The notes beneath the pieces were generated by a model. That model was not told where the DNA came from. It saw only the letters and a program-made list of their open reading frames with translations, and searched no databases. Both the position numbers and the translations under genes were made by a program. DNA of 62,066 nucleotides, from contig JAKMXF010000302.1 of NCBI GenBank assembly GCA_024704765.1, forward strand, positions 462,389 to 524,454, written 5' to 3'. This document shows positions 1-11,045 of this stretch, piece after piece (within the stretch, counting starts at the first letter, position 1; the number at the start of each line of letters is the position of its first letter). The stretch is from Oopsacas minuta. Taxonomy: Eukaryota > Animalia > Porifera.

Positions 1-1105
1 TGTACGTCCAGCTGCCGCACTTCCTCCTGTACGTCCCAGCTGCCGCACTTCCTCGTGTACGTCCAGCTGCCGCACCTCCTCCTGTACGTCCAGCTGCCGC
101 ACCTCCTGCAGTACGTCCCTGCTGCCGCACTTCCTCCTGTACGTCCCAGCAGCCGCACTTCCTCCTGTACGCCCAGCTGCCGCACTTCCTAGTGTACGCC
201 CAGCTGCCGCACCTCCTCCTCTACGTCCAGCAGCCGCACCTCCTCCTCTACGTCCAGCAGCCGCACCTCCTCCTCTACGTCCAGCAGCCGCACCTCCTCC
301 TCTACGTCCAGCTGCCGCACCTCCTCCTCTACGTCCAGCTGCCGCACCTCCTCCTCTACGTCCAGCAGCCGCACCTCCTCGTCTACGTCCAGCTGCCGCA
401 CCTACTCCTCTACGTCCAGCTGTCGCACCTCCTCCTCTACGTCCAGCTGCCGCACCTCCTCCTGTACGTCCCAGCTGCCGCACTTCCTCCTGTACGTCCA
501 GCTGCCGCACTTCCTCCTGTACGTCCAGCTGCCGCACCTCCTGCTGTACGTCCCTGCTGCCGCACCTCCTGCTGTACGTCCCTGCTGCCGCACTTCCTCG
601 TGTACGTCCAGCTGCCGCACCTCCTGCTGTACGTCCCTGCTGCCGCACTTCCTCCTGTACGTCCCAGCAGCCGCACTTCCTCCTGTACGCCCAGCTGCCG
701 CACTTCCTAGTGTACGCCCAGCTGCCGCACCTCCTCCTGTACGTCCAGCTGCCGCACTTCCTCCTGTACGTCCCAGCTGCCGCACTTCCTCGTGTACGTC
801 CAGCTGCCGCACCTCCTCCTGTACGTCCAGCTGCCGCACCTCCTGCAGTACGTCCCTGCTGCCGCACTTCCTCCTGTACGTCCCAGCAGCCGCACTTCCT
901 CCTGTACGCCCAGCTGCCGCACTTCCTAGTGTACGCCCAGCTGCCGCACCTCCTCCTCTACGTCCAGCAGCCGCACCTCCTCCTCTACGTCCAGCAGCCG
1001 CACTTCCTCCTGTACGTCCAGCTGCCGCACCTCCTGCTGTACGTCCCTGCTGCCGCACCTCCTGCTGTACGTATCAGCTGCCATACCTCCTGCTGTACGT
1101 CTTAG
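1..1105. repeat. GC-rich minisatellite, 27-bp unit (CTGCCGCACCTCCTCCTGTACGTCCAG) with 28-bp variants; runs off the window start
   Basis: The unit is directly visible. The overlapping ORFs here (EEVRQLDVE and QLPHLLLYV repeats) are translations of the array. A block of variant units recurs about 737 bp later (CTGCAGTACG at 106 and 843). Confidence 0.95.
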
Positions 1106-1190
1106 CTGCCTTACAGCTCCTCCTCTTGCAAGATTTCAAACGATTTTGAAATCATTTTATCCAATTTATAATCGATGTGAAGTCCTTTTA

Positions 1191-1740
1191 TACAATTTCA
1201 AATCAATTTGACATCAATTAATTAGAACAAAATTCATTTTTTCGAAAAAGAACAATAACCTGCTAACAATAGGCTAGGTGTAATAGTAATAACTGTTTAT
1301 TGAAATCTAATTCCAATGTTATGAAATCAACCCTACAATTTGAAAAGGAGGAATCTTCCTTCAAGAAATGTCCAGGGAACGAAATTTCCGGGGAACGAAA
1401 TGTCCGCTAATCATTTTAAACATTTGATACAATTTTATATCATTTTGAACTCATTTTATACAATTTCAAATCAATTTGACATCAATTAATTAGAACAAAA
1501 TTCATTTTTTCGAAAAAGAACAATAACCTGCTAACAATAGGCTAGGTGTAATAGTAATAACTGTTTATTGAAATCTAATTCCAATGTTATGAAATCAACC
1601 CTACAATTTGAAAAGGAGGAATCTTCCTTCAAGAAATGTCCAGGGAACGAAATTTCCCGGGAACGAAATGTCAGCTAATCATTTTAAACATTTGATACAA
1701 TTTTATATCATTTTGAACTCATTTTATACAATTTCAAATT
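1191..1740. repeat. Direct tandem duplication of a 268-bp unit containing GGGAACGAAAT motifs
   Basis: TACAATTTCAAAT begins at 1191, 1459 and 1727, and the intervening blocks are near-identical. Confidence 0.9.
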
Positions 1741-1848
1741 AACTTGAAATTATTTTGAAATCATTTTATAGAATTTCAAATCATTTTGAAATCATTTTGT
1801 AATCATTTTATACTATTTTAAATCAATTTTAAAACATTTGATGCAATT

Positions 1849-2097
1849 TTATATCCATAAAGAACTATTGTATAAAACATCTCTACTCCAATAATCAGCA
1901 ATTTTAGGGAAAACAACAGGACCCATGTGGATCAACAAACCAATGAACATTCGTATTTCAGTTCTATCAGTTTGCTTCCAGTTATTGAAACGAGAATTAC
2001 TGCGTAGTTTTCTAGAGTTCAATAAAAATTGCTCCGCATATCTATTAGTTTCCTGTACCATCATATCACAAAACTGGTCAGTTAGAAAGAGATCGAA
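1849..2097 (-). pseudogene. piggyBac-like (PGBD4-type) transposase fragment
   Basis: The C-terminal part of ORF 1849-2415, FDLFLTDQFCDMMVQETNRYAEQ...WKQTDRTEIRMFIGLLIHMG...KIADYWS, matches the N-terminal part of the piggyBac transposase domain. Confidence 0.8.
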
Positions 2098-2671
2098 CCG
2101 AAGTTCCAAATACTTAGTTTTACCGATCTCAAGCGAATCGAAAAGAAAGGCAGATTTATCAAGTGATAATTGTGGATAGATAGGAGATGAGTTTCCCTTC
2201 TCGAGTATCTCTTTACAAACATTGGCACTATTCATGTCCTGCTCCTCATTGCAACAAAATAGTAAGAGATAAGTTGCAAGAGTCATTGGAGATACATGCT
2301 CGTTTTCAGCGACTGATTCGAGGTGAGACTTAAGAGAAGAGAGCCGATTTCTCAAACCTTTGGTCGTTAAGTTAGCGAGCGATTTCTTTTTTTGAAAGAT
2401 TAAAGTCTTCTTCAAAGTTAATGGTTAATGAAGAAGAGGCACTTAACCTAGGCTTCTTTGGCAGAGGACAGAAGCACATGGAATTCCAAGTATCAAGGTC
2501 CGAATATTTATGAAAAGAAGCTCTCTCTTTTTGGATATCATTGAACTTCAGACGAAAGAAATTTTGCTGATCTCGATCAAAACCATGAGTTGAAATAAAT
2601 TGGTCTGCGATTGAACGAGTGCTAAGTAATTTATGCTCACAATAAAACTGAAAAGCTTGAAGGTTGTTCAT
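2098..2671 (-). pseudogene. Transib/RAG1-like transposase N-terminal remnant (nonamer-binding-domain-like plus the following helical region); one frameshift, truncated before the catalytic core
   Basis: ORF 2372-2671 joins ORF 1849-2415 through a frameshift in an A8 run. KKSLANLTTKGLRNRLSSLKSHLESVAENE...SANVCKEIL aligns by eye to RAG1 [30 protein letters not shown]...QADELEAIM. Confidence 0.65.
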
Positions 2672-3563
2672 TTTCTAGATAAATAATATATTATTTATTA
2701 ACAATATTGTAAATACAGGGCAAAAAGTAAGATTATATATATATATGGATGCATGTTTGTTTTATAAGCTATTAAAATACATTCTGAAATCTAAGAATTA
2801 AGGAACTTTTGACGAAAATTTTCTCACAGTAGCAGAGTGTTGATTTTTTAATAGAATCTTTGTAAAAATACGTGATGAGAACATTTATTTATATTAACTA
2901 CAAGCTGAATTTTGTAAACATAAGCATAAAATTGTAAATAACTTTACGTTTTGATTATATCCCTAAGCAACCATAATATTTATATAAAATTTTGAAAAGA
3001 GAATTATTCAAAATATTAGATAAATTCAAAAGTTCAAGTGATTGAAACTATATTTGCGCGAATTTTCGGGAACCTGGAAATTGCTGTATTTTATAGAGAA
3101 TAAAAAATGGTATATTATAAAACTCAGGAGACAACTTGACAGAACGCGACAGATGAAGTTATGAGACTTCGAAGTTGAGTGACGACAGAAATATCTAACA
3201 GAAAAATTTATCAAAATATTTGAGCTATTTTAAGGATTTATTATTTGAACTCCGATTTTATAATCACTATAAAAAGAGAGTAGTCGAAAATGCAATAAAA
3301 TGAAGTCTTTGGAGTGTATTAGTTGCTTAGATACTGGAATTTAAGTTCATTGATATAAATGAATATCTGGGGTTTTCAGGAATAATTTCTGAGCAAGAAA
3401 TTGTAATGCTTATATACATTCCAGTTCTTACTAAACTAAATGATGAATCATAACAATTTTAGACATTTCAAGTAATTGGATATTTCTCTTTCCAATGAAC
3501 TTTAAATGGTTACTAAATATCGGATTGAAATTTTTACCAATTTCCAGGGGGTGTGCCACTGTG
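2098..3563 (-). mobile_element. 5' portion of a Transib/RAG-like transposon with a CACAGTG terminus
   Basis: The minus strand from 3563 reads CACAGTGGCACACCCCCTGGAAATTGGTAAAAATTTC, pointing toward the RAG1-like ORF about 890 bp downstream. The other end was not found. Confidence 0.55.
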
Positions 3564-6500
3564 TCAGGATAAGAGAGTTCATAATAGGCGTCAAAGAATG
3601 CAGATAGAAATAGAATATATTAAAATATATACAGAAATTAAATTAAGTATAATTAAAATTCAAATCAACAAAGAAGATGAGGTATAATATCTAGTCATTC
3701 TAGTGGACTGAGTAAGTTGTCCGCAGTAAGGTAAGAAAAGGAATTGTGCTATTTATCTTCCAGACATAGGCATGATAACCATCTTGCCGAAAGAAGCAAA
3801 AAAATCAAAAAATCTTATAGAAATCACAATATTAGAATAGGGTGAGTATATATTTTGATTCGGACATATTTATATCTAAGCAGTATAGTAGTTTGGGGAC
3901 ATGACTGAAACAAAGTATCTCAAAAAACATGGGACACAAGATTTGGTGATGGTCGTGAGACTATTAACTTAAGAATTTCTAGGATGTATTTGTTACATTT
4001 GTTTTGAGAAAACAAAAAAAATGGCTAGTTCTTTTTCATATATTAAAAAGGGTAAGTCTTTCTCATGAACACTGATGGGCCTAACTATAATGTTCCTGAA
4101 TCATAATTTAGCTCAGGCCTTATTGCAAAATATTGGAACTTCTAGAATGTGTGCGTGGTAGTGTATTTTATGGTCACCACAAGAACATGTATTCAGTCCT
4201 TTTTGGATTTTTGAGCTGGTGAGCTACACACATGAACACCGATAGGCCTAAATATATGTATTTGACAAAATAATATATACATACTAGGGCTATTGTGAGA
4301 ATATTGCAATTTCTAGAATGTAATTGTTAATTCAGGGCTGTAGCCATGAAAATACAAGTGGTCCTGTCGGATACAGCAAAACAAGACCAAGTGGTCAGAT
4401 AAAGCTATATAATACAGGGGCGTCAGAAATGCCACGATTGCCGCGGCATGATTTCCAAAGCAATATTATCTTGCACTTGATTAATGTTTATGATTTGTGA
4501 AAGATTCTTGCATAGACCGAATATTCTGTATTTTTAATTATTTGCCTTGAAATTCATTATTGATTAATCAATGTCAACATCAATGATATAAGCGCTGGAT
4601 ATTTTTTCGTATTCAAAATATTCAATTCTTGCAACATTTCTCGGGGAATGCAACTAAATTTGATTTGAATATAACTGAAAGCGCCCTAAATTTTCGCATA
4701 TCTTAGGCTTGTTTCTACGAAAAATTATATATTTTGAAAATCATAATTTCAAAGAAACAAGATATTTAACTAAATATTGATAAAGGCCTGGACCATGATG
4801 AAACATTACATATATCTTGACGGGTATATCCAAAATTATGATTTTTGGGTCTACGGCTACCCAGGCTCATAGAACAAGACCCCAATGTTATCACAATAAT
4901 AGGTTACTTTGGAGCGAGTGGAAGGATTCTAAAATTGGTGTATCAATGTATATTCACTATCCCTTCTAAGAATCGGCCAGGAAATGGCTAAATTTCCATC
5001 TTTGTGGGCGTTCCAATGTTTTCAAACGCCGAGTGATCAGCCTAATACATGAGGGTAGACCGCTTAGCTGGAGAACTATGTAAACTACTAAGTATCTACA
5101 GTTCCCTTATGGGTGGGTAAACCTTACTTTTGATAATATTATCAATAAGCAGCGAGCTGCGGTAATAATGTTTTCCTCCGACGGTGCTGAATATAACCTG
5201 GACAAAAGGCCAGGTTGAACTATACAACCTGACAGATTGTGAGATTTAGGAAACTGCAGGCAAAAGTAGTCAGGTTGAAACCGGAACAACCGGATCGGTG
5301 ACTACGGTCCAGTAATTATTAGTTCACAATCAATATAGAATCGGAAAAATGAAAAGTTTGGCCGATCAGTGGTTGTGTGAGAACAAACCGATCCAAAGAA
5401 TTCAAAAAATACACATGCAAGTCTTGGTGGTGGCTATAAAAGAAAAAGGATTGAAAACATTCTTGAAATAGAATAATATTACTAGAGCATTAGTAAATAT
5501 TATGATTCGGAAACTTTTACATTCATGCACATTGTCATGTGAATGACAGACAGATTAGAGAAAATCCAAAGGCCACCAATAAATCCAGACATAGAATATT
5601 CATTTAGCATTAGTAATATTTGATGGAACAACAGCCGCTGCATTGAATATTAACCACCAATTGCGAAACCATCTTTCTACAAATTCACAGACTGTAGACT
5701 TTATTAGCTTAATGTGCATGGGTAGAAGATCTTCAATATCAATGCTCCTAATAAGGTTACGAAAGACACTCGGAAAGTTTTTAGCCACACAAAAAGTATG
5801 CAAGATATTGAACAAAATTATTATATCTTCTCAATGTATTCGCCTCTAGCTTGTGTAAACTTTTCATCCTTTCAACCCACTTTTCTATCATGTTACACCA
5901 CTGAGATTTGGTAAGTTCAGCTGGCACAAGTCCATAAATCACCTGCACAACACTTTCAGACGATGAGCTTTGAAGAACATATGGTGGGTCCTACTAAAAT
6001 CGTATAACGACCAAGTATCCAGGCAACAAAATGTCTGGCGACGACTTGTTAAACGACAAAATTTCCTAGCCACGATGTCCTACTTGAATGTGTCCGATTA
6101 CCTTCCCTGACACACACATACGTGTAATTCTGCTTTTATAAGATTAGGAATTGTATTATATAATCGTATTACTTGTCTGTGTTAACTAACAACCATCTCA
6201 TTTCCTCAGTATCCTTTGTATTATTGCCGAAACAGCTTGGTTGAAAAGATTTCACTTATTTGGGATATTCGTCATTGGATTCGTCTCGATTCATGTTACA
6301 TTTAATAAATTTCTTTCAATTACTAAAGCCTTAGGCAAAATTATAGCTGCATATTGGATAAAACGAGCCAAAATTGGTTGACTATGCTACTATGGGCCGC
6401 TACACGAATATTTGAATATTCTGAATTTAGGACTAAACTGAGATGGAAGTGGATGTATATTAATGAAATTTCATTTTTTATTACCAGGCACCCACAGTGG

Positions 6501-6951
6501 GTTACTTGAGTGCATTGGGTTAAATTTACACTTGATTTAGTGTATTTTGAAAGTGATGTATTTTCTAGATACATATTGGAATACACAGCCCAACAGATAT
6601 GAAAAACATTTCTGGTGCCTCAGAATTTCGTCCTATTTTAGAGTATACTGGATTTGCTGATTTCAATACTACAATTGGTTTTCCTCCATTAGCTCTAGTT
6701 TTTGAGCTTGAGGATATTTCCTTAAATACTGATTCGCCTTTAATGTAGGCTTAATTTGGGATATATAATACCCTAATTGAATCATTTTTCTTTAGTAAAT
6801 CAGAACAATTTTGTGCCTGACTTAAGTCTTGAAATATTGCATCTTTCATTTATTCTTGAACCACATCATGCATGCTTAATATTTTGGATATCATTGTTGT
6901 CATATTATATTGATTTCCATTTCAAATACTAAGTAGTTATTGTTGTATTAC

Positions 6952-8632
6952 ATGGCTTCGTAACGAAGAAGTTGTTTGAATAACCCAAATGTATTCTGCT
7001 ATATTTGTGGTGGCTATACTATGAGAGAACACCGAAAACCTATTTCTGACTTTGTTAAGAAGGCATATCTTGCTTATTTTGGAGTCAGGCTTGGAGACCA
7101 AGATAAATTATGGGCCCCGCACATAGTATGTAAAACTTGTGCGGAGCATCTGCGGTAATGGACTGTTTGCAAGAGGAGAAGTCTGAAGTTTGGTATACCA
7201 ATGGTTTGGAGGAAGCCAAAAAACCATTATGATGATTGTTACTTCTGTATTGTCAACATCAAGGGCATCAATTGTAAGAATAAGAGTAATTGGACATATC
7301 CTGACCTAGAGTCAGCGAGACGACCTGTTCCACATTCAGATGGGGTGCCCATTCCGGCTTCGAACCTTCATTAAATGATTCAGATATTCTTCATGAAGCA
7401 GAAGTTAATTCGAGTGATCGCGATTTTGAAGACACTTCATCGATGGTCCCCCAACGTTTTGATCAACTCGAACTGAATGATCTGATCAGCGATCTCGACC
7501 TCTCGAAAGAATCTTCTGAAGTACTGGCATCCAGGTTGAATGACAAAAATTTACTTCACCCTGGAACCAAGATTACATATTATCGTAACAGAGAGCAGTC
7601 TTTACTGCCTTACTTTTCCAACGACAACAGTCTAGTTTGGTGCAATGATGTTGGAGGCCTTTTAGGAGAAATGGGGGTACAAGAATATAGGCCAAATGAA
7701 TGGCGCCTTTTGATCGACAGTTCTACTAGGAGTTTGAAATGTGTTTTGCTCCATAATGGGAACAAATATGCTTCTATTCCAATTGGTCACTCAACCAGTA
7801 TGAAGGAAGTGTATGAGTCAATCAAACTGGTTTTGGAGAAACTGAAATATCATGTTCATCAATGGGTAATTTGTGTTGACTTAAAGATGGTTAATTTCCT
7901 CCTTGGCCAGCAAAGTGGCTACACAAATACCCATGCTTCCTTTGTCTTTGGGATAGCCGAGCAAGAAATGACCACTGGAGAAGAAAAGATTGGCCCTTGA
8001 GAAAGAATATGGTAGTGGGAGAAATGAACATCAATAACAAACTTATGCTTACAAACAGGGAAAGGATCATTCTTCCACCACTGCATATCAAACTGGCGCT
8101 CATCAAATAATTCGTCACAGCTCTGAATAAAGATGGTTCCTGCTTCCATTATCTATGCAATTCATTTCCTGAACTTAGCACCGAAAAGTTCAAAGCTGGA
8201 ATATTTGATGGCCCCAAGATCAGAAAGCTCATTAAAGACACATGTTTTATTAGTTCCATGAATGACACTGAATCTGGAGCTTGGTCCGCATTTGTATTAG
8301 TTACACAAATTTTTTGGGCAACTACAAAGCAGAAAATTCTGCTGAATTAGTAGGCAACATGCTCTCGAAATTCAATAATCCTGGCTGTAAGATGAGCATC
8401 AAGGTTCATTACCTCCATAACCATTTAGATCATTTCCCGGAAAAACCTTGGTGACCTAAGTGAAGAATAAGGAGAAAGGTTCCATCAAGACATCAGGGTA
8501 ATGGAAGAGAGGTACCAGGGAAGGTGGGATATTCACATGATGGGAGATTACTGCTGGAGTCTTCAGCGAGATTGTCCAGGCAAATCTCACTCAACGGTGT
8601 CCCGGAAAAGACGCTTTTTAGACGTTGATTGA
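6952..8632 (+). pseudogene. Chapaev3 (CMC superfamily) transposase pseudogene, near full length
   Basis: Motifs FCYICG, GDQDKLWAPHIVCKTC, HYDDCYFC, LIDSS, CVDLKMV, LPPLHIKL, GIFDGPQIR and GERFHQD. Several stops and frameshifts, including a stop at codon 4. Confidence 0.85.
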
Positions 8633-8692
8633 TTGTTTCTACTGTTTATGGAATTTTCTGTATGCATTTTTACTCTTGTGATAACGTTTATG

Positions 8693-9755
8693 CATAGCCT
8701 ACTAAATATAAGGCCTAACAGTAAAAGTACCAGGGATGAAGTATTAGCTGAAAGCATTTATATACTTGGTTTCTTTATTGTAGGAAAGGTGCATTTTTGC
8801 CTGAATAAATGTTTTGCAGATTTGTAGAACATCAAATTTTACACCAATAAATACTGAATATTTTCAAGAATGCGTCAAAATATGTGTCTAGTAAGCAATT
8901 ATTTAGCAAAATATGTCATTCTTCGATGCCACGTAGAACGTTAAATATTGCATTTATCAACTCAAAGTGAATAAATGAAATGATCTATAGATCCTTTTAT
9001 ACAAATTGTCAAAAATTTGTCATTCAAAAGTTAGCTCGTTGTTGAGTTAAGGTAGAGACCATGGATGACGAATTTTAATGAATATTCAATTATAACTCGA
9101 CAATCATTAAAATTATCGCAAACTCAGAATAGTCAATTTATACTATTTACCCGACCTCCCATACCCTTGCAATAAATTTTGATATGATATCTCTCACCAA
9201 TGTGACGATGCCCATATATGGTAATTTTCAATATTCCGCAATACTCTTCAATTATTTCATATCAAAATGTATTACAAGGGTATGGGAAGTCGGGTATAGA
9301 GTATAAATTGGCTAGTATGATTTTACCATAACTTCACCGATTTTTTAGTTACAATGAATATTCATTCTAATTCGTCATCCATGGTCTCTACCTTAACTCA
9401 ACAACGAGCCAACTTTTGAATGACAAATCTTTGACATTTTGTATAAAAGGATCTATAGATCATTTCATTTATTCACTTTGAGTTGATAAACGCAATATTT
9501 AACGTTCTACAAGGCATCAAAGAATGATATATTTTACTAAATAAATGCTTACTAGAGACATATTTTACACATTCCTAAGTTTTACCATTTATTTGTGTAA
9601 AATTTGATGTCCTACAAAAATGTAATACATTTATTCAGCCAAAAATGCATTTTTCTGCAATAAAGAAACTATGTCTATAAATGCTTTCAGCTAATACTGC
9701 ATCCATGGTGCTAAAATTTCGAGTTACTGTTAGGCCTTATGTTTAGTAGGCTATG
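8693..9755. mobile_element. Non-autonomous foldback element, P superfamily (Galileo-like), copy 1
   Basis: Termini CATAGCCTACTAAA...TTTAGTAGGCTATG. Imperfect inverted arms cover nearly the whole 1063 bp. Perfect 7-bp TSD GTTTATG at 8686-8692 and 9756-9762. Confidence 0.85.
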
Positions 9756-10647
9756 GTTTATGCTAATGGCAAAAAATTCTTAACATATATATTCGTATAT
9801 GTATATATTATAGTAATTAATTAGTTTAAGTCAATTGCGGATATATTTCAAAAAACAAGAGCTGATTGATCAAAACTGACGGCATTTTTCGAATCTACGT
9901 ACAAAATATACCTAAAAACAAGTCACACTTCCAAGGCACCAAAATACCTGTTGACCAGTCTTATCTATATTTCAAGTTTCGTATCATTTCCTTGAGTAAT
10001 TCTCAGTTTATGTCCAATCTAATGTATGTGATAATTGGGATCGTATATTGTTCTATAAATGGCAGTATATTTTGACATTAGTTATAGTTCAAAATACTAA
10101 AATGACTATCCTGTCAAACTCAAGTTTTCTGGGTCAAAGATTCGATCGAAAATATTCCACTACTGATTCTCCACTATTCTCCGTTATTATGGACATCAGT
10201 TTAGATGTTTCGCAATTGATTACCTTGACAAAACATCTATAAAATTTTCAGTGAATGCTTTCGTACCCGCATAATCAATCACAACTGATTAATCCTTTGA
10301 TATCAATTCTTTAGCAGGTTTAGTAACACTGGTCAACAAAATATTTTCAATATTCTTTGATGTTCATACTAATTTAATTCATTTAAGGAGTTATCCCATC
10401 CTGATTCTGAAATATCATCATTTTCCCTATTTACCTGGTATTCAGTGTTCAAAGCAAATACTTTTTGAAATATTTCTTATGTTTTTGTTTTTGCCATTGT
10501 ATTTAAACGATTGGTCTGTTTGTATTCAAAATATCACGATTTCAATGCTATTCGCACTATGGTCCGTTACACAATAGTTTTACGCAACCCTAAAAAGCAT
10601 TATTTTAACGTGAGTTATTTAACTCTTGAAATGCCACAAATATTTCT

Positions 10648-11045
10648 GTGGAACCTCGTTAATCCGACACCTGTCCAATCCGGAATTTCCCTAAACCCGA
10701 CATTATTTCAGTTCACGGATCATTTTGGAATAGTAAACAACCTCAATAATCCGGAACGTCGCTATTCCAGAATCCTACAATTACATGTATAATACGACAT
10801 TTTTCGTCTATCAAAAAATGTCGGATCATGGTTGTTATTTTCCTTCCTTAATTCGACATTATAGTTTTTCTGTTGAACCTAGTATACTGTTAGTATCATA
10901 TTACTCTATCCTAAGGCTTACATTTACTTTTATTGTAGGCCTCCATAATCCGACATTTGGTCGTTTTGACAAATCTCGGATTACTCAGGTTACTCGATAT
11001 TCCGACATCTTTTCATCTCCCATTGAGTATCGGATTATGGAGAAA
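10648..11045. mobile_element. Degenerate pogo/Tigger-type MITE remnant
   Basis: Begins GTGGAACCTCGTTAATCCGAC, with repeated ATCCGAC/TCGGAT motifs typical of such ends. No clean TSD. Confidence 0.35.

Noticed and set aside
189-1105. Six overlapping ORFs as real genes
   Set aside because: They are translations of a stop-poor minisatellite in several frames, with no independent coding evidence.
2825-2832. CACAGTAG as the element terminus
   Set aside because: It is an imperfect heptamer and faces away from the transposase ORF.
2672-3556. A RAG2-like gene near the RAG1-like remnant
   Set aside because: There is no kelch- or PHD-like ORF here or elsewhere in the window.
3520-3563. A complete 12- or 23-spacer recombination signal sequence
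   Set aside because: The heptamer is perfect, but the 9-mers at 12-nt (GAAATTGGT) and 23-nt (AAATTTCAA) spacing do not match ACAAAAACC. It is a Transib-like end only.
4325-4870. A complete hAT MITE starting CAGGGCTGTAGCCA
   Set aside because: The opposite end is too degenerate and no TSD could be confirmed.
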